Part shown: positions 35,969-42,113 of the stretch, piece after piece
Numbering within the stretch: position 1 is the stretch's first letter
How the letters are laid out: every line of letters starts with the position of its first letter
DNA from: Tubiluchus corallicola
Taxonomy: Eukaryota; Animalia; Priapulida
Direction: 5' to 3'
DNA: 42,113 nt
NCBI GenBank assembly: GCA_030141605.1
Contig: JAQGDQ010001413.1
Span: 1 to 42,113 of the forward strand
The notes under the pieces: generated by a model
Told to the model about the DNA's origin: nothing
Seen by the model: the letters and a program-made list of their open reading frames with translations, nothing else
Database searches by the model: none
Translations under genes and position numbers: made by a program

Positions 35969-36605
35969 TAGTGAGCCTAGGTGGTAATCCTAGATGGTCA
36001 ACCTAGATAGTCAGCCTAAGTGGTAATCCTAGATGGTAAACCTAGACAGTGAGTCTAAATGGTAATCCTAGATGGTAAACCTAGATAGTCAGCCTAAGTA
36101 GTAATCCTAGATGGTAAACCTAGATTGTCAGCCTAGGTGGTAATCCTAGATGGTAAACCTAGATAGTCAGCCTAGGTGGTAATCCTAGATGGTAAACCTA
36201 GATAGTCAGCCTAAGTGGTAATCCTAGATGGTAAACCTAGATAGTGAGCATAAATGGTAATCCTAGATGGTAAACCTAGAGAGTCAGCCTAAGTGGTAAA
36301 CCTAGATGGTAAACCTAGATAGTGAGCCTAAATGGTAATCCTAGATGGTAAACCTAGATAGTCAGCCTAAGTGGTAATCCTAGATGGTAAACCTAAACAG
36401 TGAGTCTAAATGGTAATCCTAGATGGTAAACCCAGACAGTGAGCCTAAATGTTAAGCCTAGGTGGTAAACCTAGATAGTCAGCCTAAGTGGTAATCCTAG
36501 ATGGTAAACCCAGACAGTGAGCCTAAATGGTAAGCCTAGATGGTAAAGCTAGACAGTGAGTCTAAATGGTAAGCCTAGATGGTAAACCTAGATAGTCAGC
36601 CTAGA
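35969..36605. repeat. 39-bp minisatellite (3x13-bp subunits), about 16 copies
   Basis: GTCAGCCTAAGTG-GTAATCCTAGATG-GTAAACCTAGATA. Confidence 0.96.
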
Positions 36606-36949
36606 TGCCAAACTATTCAATGTAAATCGAGCCAATATGTTGTGTTTAAACTTAAACTATTGTAAATCTTCCTCAGTGTTACACGATGGTGTTAGAACTG
36701 TGATGTAACTTCTTGGCAAAGTAAGGTTCACGAGCCTCTTTACCAGTGAATGATGTAACTACACCTTATCCCACTGAAGTAAACAGCCTCGATCGGGTTC
36801 GGCGAATCGCACTTTGAGGTTGTTCACCCAAAAAATCTTGCAAAGCGCTAGTTTTCGGGATTTACAATTTTAAAAATAACATATATATATATATTCAGAT
36901 ATATCCATATATGAATATATCAATATTCATATATGGATATGAAAACAAT

Positions 36950-37520
36950 ATGCGTTTTCATATCCAGCCCCATTTTAATATACAGTAAAAAGTATTCATT
37001 TTAACATATATAATAATGTCAAAGTGATTCTGATAATTTAATAATCGGTTAACGGCTTAATTAGCCACAGGTGAGCCCAACCAGTGATGACATCACAAAC
37101 TAACATAATTTTCAACAGCACTAACATTCCACGAACGTGTTGCACGCGTTTGTCAAAACTGAAATACAGTGTTACTGTACAACGTTCAGTGCGATAATTA
37201 TAGCAAAACACTTTACTGTAAAATTTAAAATTCAAGTTTACTGCTGTGCGCAGCTCTGGAATGCGTGCACTACGTCACAAGTGAACAGCTCTGAACTGAG
37301 AGGTACAACGCCTGTTTTTTGTGCACCGCACTTCCGAGATGCAGACGTTAGTGCCCATCTAGCCAGCAAATGGTGAAATACGTGTAACAGCGAAAAACTA
37401 GCCGCGTACAAACGAAATCATCATCCTATGGTTCTGCGGTAATAGTTGTTTCATGTCGTTCTTGAAAAAAATAGTTTGTCTTTCAATTTTGTAAAGAGTA
37501 GATTGTTTAGAGTCCTTTAA
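36950..37520 (+). mobile_element. Kolobok-like family A copy (diverged)
   Basis: Colinear with 4140-4680; terminus GTCCTTTAA at 37512-20. Confidence 0.72.
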
Positions 37521-37565
37521 AAATTCCTTTAGAGGTGTCAAATGTTTGCATTTTTTACATTGCAG

Positions 37566-37656
37566 GGAAAAGAACAGAAGGAAAATTCAAAAGAGTTTGA
37601 CATCTGCCAAAACTGCTGTTCAAGATTATGCCAGGGATGTTCGTCACGCTTCTGAT
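37566..37656 (+). CDS. Coding exon 3: basic juxtamembrane segment
   Basis: Acceptor TTTTTACATTGCAG|, phase 2 in; EKNRRKIQKSLTSAKTAVQDYARDVRHASD; donor GAT|GTAAAT, phase 0. Confidence 0.55.
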
Positions 37657-37738
37657 GTAAATTTACTTTAATAATTGCATACTAATGAGCAGACAGGCAG
37701 GTAGTCAAAGAGCGGACATGCTGTCAAACAATGATAGC

Positions 37739-37741
<3 letters not shown>

Positions 37742-37803
<62 letters not shown>

Positions 37804-37916
37804 AAGAGAGAGACAGACAGAGAGAGAGAGAGACAGAAAGAGACAGACAGCGAGAGAAGGGGGACAGAAAAGGAGAGAGACAGAAAGAGAGAAAAAGGGA
37901 AAGGGGAAATGGAGAG

Positions 37917-37966
<50 letters not shown>

Positions 37967-38072
37967 GAGAGAGAGAGAGAGACGGACAGAGAGGGCGAGA
38001 GATAGAGAGGAGAGAAAGAGAAGGAGAGAGCGAGAGAGAAGAAAAAAGAAATGCCACAGAAACACAAAGACA

Positions 38073-38115
<43 letters not shown>

Positions 38116-38165
38116 AGAGAGAGAAAAAGAGAGAGAGAGAGAGACAGGGGTAAACGGAGAGAAAG
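37742..38165. repeat. Imperfect (GA)n tract
   Basis: Visible. Confidence 0.97.
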
Positions 38166-38959
38166 AAACTGATATTATTATAACTATAAACCTTGATCGA
38201 AGTAATGAAAATGGCAAAGATGAACTGCAGTTGGTTCATTACGACAGGAATGTGATAGTTCAGGAATTCCACCTAAAACGAATTAGATTTCACTCCCTTA
38301 ATACGAATGTTGGCACCTGGCGCCCAGAAACAACATAAAAAACAATGTAAACAATCGCTCTGCATTGTTTCCAGATCCCTGAGTACAGTACTGTGTGCCG
38401 AAATTCGTACTGGAGGATGAAAAATGATTTGCAGATGTAACTTTCAGGGATGAGAATTTCCGCGGAATTCCGAGTTTTTGGAAGACCAGTAGTGCCGTTT
38501 TTGTAAATCGTGTAAACTCGTTGAGAAAATTTTTACAGACCCAGTACATTATTTCACAAGGTGACCGCTAGTTGGCAGGCCGTCACTTTGTTTACGTCAC
38601 GTACATCAATGTAACCACGTGTATATCCCTATGTATAAAAATATAGAATCAATTGTGCGGAGTTATTTGAGTCAATTGCAGACAGTTTTTATATAATTTT
38701 GCATAGGAGCTGCCAGTACTTAGACGTTTTTGAGACAATTAGGTATCATGTATCCTTGATAATTGGGTATTTTAAATTATGCATGAAACAAGGTAATTGA
38801 TATTTTAAGTCCACTTAGAGGTTCTCTATGGTCACAAAAAATTGCAATTTGTTGCTTCTCCCCCTTGAACCCCACATGGGGACCTAGATGGACCCAAAAC
38901 CCCGGGCCTGTTTCAGAGTTTTTTGCAATTTGTCATTCTCATCCCTGAACTTTTTACAG

Positions 38960-39607
38960 TTGACGCTTGGCAAGGTACAGCACAAACGAGGCTCTTCCCC
39001 AAACGATAACGATCTATTTCAACCAATTGATGAAAACACGGATGCGACTGATGGTAGTAAACTGGACAGCGAGACACAAAAATACTCCTTCATTGGCAGT
39101 GATGGGAAAGTGCACGTCGTGACGGTCAGTAAGAGAAGATACGACAAGTGCCGTAGACACGATTCTGAGGACACTGATTATCATCAGACAATTGAAAATA
39201 AAACCTCTCTAACGCGCATGCGTTCAAACAGTAAGAGATACAGTATCAGTGTTGGTGACATCGTGCAAAATGGCGATTGTGCTCACGAAAAGGGTATTTT
39301 CGAAGAAGCCGAGTCGCCAGTACCTATCTACGAGGATATAGCTGAAGAAGATGAAGAAAGTATAGCACCTGATGTTGTTCCAGAGATGACTGTTCTTTGG
39401 GAAAACCCGGAAATAGACGACAGTACCAGCTCCTGTGACGAGACTCGGGTGACGAAGAGCAGCGACATCAAGTGTGCAGAAACGCAAACTGATCCGGAAG
39501 TTACGTACTGCTCAAGATGTCGCGTGGAGATTCTTGACGAAAGCAGAAGTGGTCAAGACACCAACGGCAGGACAATTTCTAACCAGATGTCTAAAGTTTC
39601 TTGTTGA
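38960..39607 (+). CDS. Terminal coding exon: acidic, probably disordered cytoplasmic tail (215 aa)
   Basis: Longest non-repetitive ORF in the window and GC-richer than its flanks; acceptor CTTTTTACAG|TTG, phase 0; contains PIYEDI and ends SKVSC*; AATAAA near 40186. Confidence 0.8.
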   Translation: MTLGKVQHKRGSSPNDNDLFQPIDENTDATDGSKLDSETQKYSFIGSDGKVHVVTVSKRRYDKCRRHDSEDTDYHQTIENKTSLTRMRSNSKRYSISVGDIVQNGDCAHEKGIFEEAESPVPIYEDIAEEDEESIAPDVVPEMTVLWENPEIDDSTSSCDETRVTKSSDIKCAETQTDPEVTYCSRCRVEILDESRSGQDTNGRTISNQMSKVSC

Positions 39608-40109
39608 ATTTTGACGCCATTTGCTTTTGTTACTGATGACGTCATCGCTCTAAGCTGTTTGACCTCTATGGTCTCTATTGTTGGCCAAAGATTTGAGTAC
39701 TTTTTAACCTGAAGACTGGATCAAGTTTGTGATTGCGATACTCGACTCTCTCCACCTATCAGAGGCGGGCACCTTTATAGGTTGCAAAGTCTATTCTTCT
39801 TTAACGCTGATCTTTTAGTTGTCTTTTCCAAGTTTAATGTCTTTATTTGTCTTTATCCAGTATTCCATGCATTCGTTCACTAGATTTCTAATTTCTAGCA
39901 ATCCTTCCTTTTCACTGTTCATTAATATATCTGAGTTCAATTTTTTTTTCATTCTCCATATCTGTCACATCTAAGCAAATGTTCAGTAGTGTCATCATCT
40001 TCCCCACACACTGGGCATAATAACTGATCCTTAAACTCATTCTTGTAGTTCCCTTTAACTTTAATCATATTCAGTCTTATTTTCAATATATCTACATATA
40101 ATATATATA

Positions 40110-40880
40110 TAATCTTTATTTGCCATTAAAATACATTGATAATCACTGATAAAAACTTTACAGAGATGATCAATCAGTGTTAGTTAATAAAAACTTACAC
40201 TGCTAAAGGCAAATGCGTCAGTGCAGTTGCAAGTGGAATCTTTAACCTCTTCTGGCTTGCATGTGACTATGTAATTTTGTCGTTTCCACTCGGTATGAAT
40301 TAAAAATTTTAATTTAGTGATGCTCCTTGGGGCGAATCAAAACGCTCTGATCAGAAAACTGATTGAATTTTAGTTTAAACATAATTTATTTAGGATTGGA
40401 TCAGACAGTTTGTACAACATGATTTAGGATCCTCACCACAACAGACTTTATACACTATTTACAAGAACATTTACAGTAAGAATAGACTATACTTAGTTTT
40501 TAGTATACTTTAGTATACTAAAGTTTTACTACAGTGATACATTAGACATTAGTAGAAAATGACGGTTAGTAAATATTAATGTACGATTATTTAAGAATGA
40601 TGCATTTTATATCAGATAGAAACTACTGGAAGCGTTTAGTACGTAATATAAAGTCATGTATGCAGTGGAATATTTTACAGTTGGTAACATAGTTAAATTC
40701 GTCTTTACCGAATAATAACAACTTCAACAGATCATTATTTCCTAAGGCAGCTATATTAAGGTTTTCAGGCAGAAGTATTGCATTTAATTCATCAAACACA
40801 TCAACCCTAGCTAGTTGATGCAATGGGCAGTGCAACAAAAAGTGTTCAACAGACTCAAATCGAAATCCACAGTTACAATG
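40110..40880 (-). mobile_element. 5'-truncated CR1-like LINE 3' end
   Basis: HCNCGFRFESVEHFLLHCPLHQLAR...LLLFG...NCKIFHCIHDFILRTKRFQ* (CCHC knuckle and terminal motif), then 3' UTR with AATAAA near 40115. The UTR extent is approximate. Confidence 0.8.
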
Positions 40881-41019
40881 TTACTGAATGTTACTATGGT
40901 GGTCGCATATTTACTCTTCTAACACAAGATAATGTTTGTTGATCTTGTTGCGTTCATAACATGATGAGCTTCTGTCTCTGGATTAAATGAAGGTAAAGGG
41001 AACATGTTAACACCTATAG

Positions 41020-41170
41020 TAAGAGTTTCTGATAATTAAATAAAAGATTAAAAACTTAATTAATGGCGGTCAAGTTCAATTATTTATGACATCACAAACT
41101 AACATAATTTTCAACAGCACAAACAACACACAACCATTGCGTGTTGCACGTGTTTGCGAAAGGGAAAATG
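41020..41170 (+). mobile_element. Kolobok-like family A fragment
   Basis: Matches 4200-4345; cut by the adjacent TIR element. Confidence 0.7.
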
Positions 41171-41174
41171 GGGC

Positions 41175-41533
41175 GATTGATGAGGATCGTGAAAAGGTCA
41201 AAGGTTAAGTGTACCAGGAAACGCATTTGTGTACACAATGCTTCGCAGCCCACGCTATTGTAATAGTAACAGTTTTAACAGCTAGCTAGAATCTTACCTA
41301 GTTCATTTTTCTTGTTCCCAAGCAAGATCCTGCTAGTAAATCATTCTATGCACGGACTAATACATAATTAAACAAAAACCACGTAAAACAACTGAAGTGA
41401 CTGAACTGATGTGGCAAACGACTTTATTTTACCCACACATCACGTGACGGTTGTGGTTAAGCTTGCTAAAGCACACTTAACCTTTGACCTACAACAACTG
41501 CGCATGCGTCAACGAAACTGTGAAAAGGGTTAT
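41175..41533. mobile_element. TIR-bearing repeat, copy 2 (inverted relative to 6981-7358)
   Basis: Reverse-complement alignment by eye along its whole length. Confidence 0.7.
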
Positions 41534-41722
41534 TTCTCGTGTGAGCACGCCGACCATCTGAAACAAAATATTTAATCAGTTAATCAATCAGTCAGCAAAT
41601 GTGTCAGTCAGTCAGTCAGTTAGTCATTCAGTAAATTAGTTCAACTATGAGACGATCTTTACGGGCACTTATATAACCTATGTCAACCTAGTTTGCACAA
41701 GATTATTTTGAAGAAAAGTCTT

Positions 41723-41764
41723 ACTATTATTATTATTATTATCATTATCATTATTATTATTATT

Positions 41765-41847
<83 letters not shown>

Positions 41848-41956
41848 CATTATCATTATCATTATCATTATCATTATCATTATCATTATCATTATCATTA
41901 TCATTATCATTATCATTATCATTATCATTATCATTATCATTATCATTATCATTATC

Positions 41957-42021
<65 letters not shown>
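41723..42021. repeat. (ATT)n/(ATC)n/(ATTATC)n compound microsatellite
   Basis: Visible. Confidence 0.99.
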
Positions 42022-42022
<1 letters not shown>

Positions 42023-42113
42023 AGTCTTTTTATTAAACAATAGATACATTGTTCCCCTCTATTTGCAGGGGTCCGTTTACAAAATATAGCTATTTACGAT
42101 AACAATATTATAC

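Noticed and set aside
36698-36780. Possible C/D snoRNA (GTGATGT...CCTTATCCCACTGA)
   Set aside because: Imperfect C box and only about 9 nt of apparent 28S complementarity; insufficient without snoscan.
38888-38959. ATG at 38888 as the start of a single-exon 239-aa gene
   Set aside because: This stretch looks like an intron end (pyrimidine tract plus CAG at 38959) and a phase-compatible upstream exon exists.

Overview
Repeat-rich, AT-rich eukaryotic DNA, most likely from a marine invertebrate (judged from the 5S head sequence and the TE spectrum). Most long ORFs in the track are microsatellite or minisatellite artefacts. Supported content: (i) two divergently oriented U5 snRNA genes (2783-2899 minus; 19106-19223 plus). 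Their flanks are unrelated, yet they share the same promoter geometry (TATA at -28, a 20-bp PSE-like motif at -63 repeated every 41 bp) and an atypical Sm site. The same motif recurs in a 72-bp tandem array at 17.3-17.6 kb. (ii) A phase-compatible 4-exon gene model (32296-39607, plus, about 337 aa) for an unrecognised single-pass membrane protein with signal peptide, tiny Ser-rich ectodomain, TM helix and a long acidic tail carrying YEDI. (iii) A 5S rRNA-headed SINE whose 3' end is the C-terminus of an RTE/BovB-type LINE (2 copies). (iv) Many nested DNA-transposon derivatives (Tc1, pogo/Fot1-like, piggyBac, hAT, Kolobok-like, and a TIR element with expandable subterminal arrays) plus LINE fossils (RTE, Crack/L2-like, CR1-like). 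(v) Several microsatellites bracketed by TSD-like direct repeats of 7-61 bp. Everything was read by eye. Family assignments come from remembered consensus motifs, not database searches.
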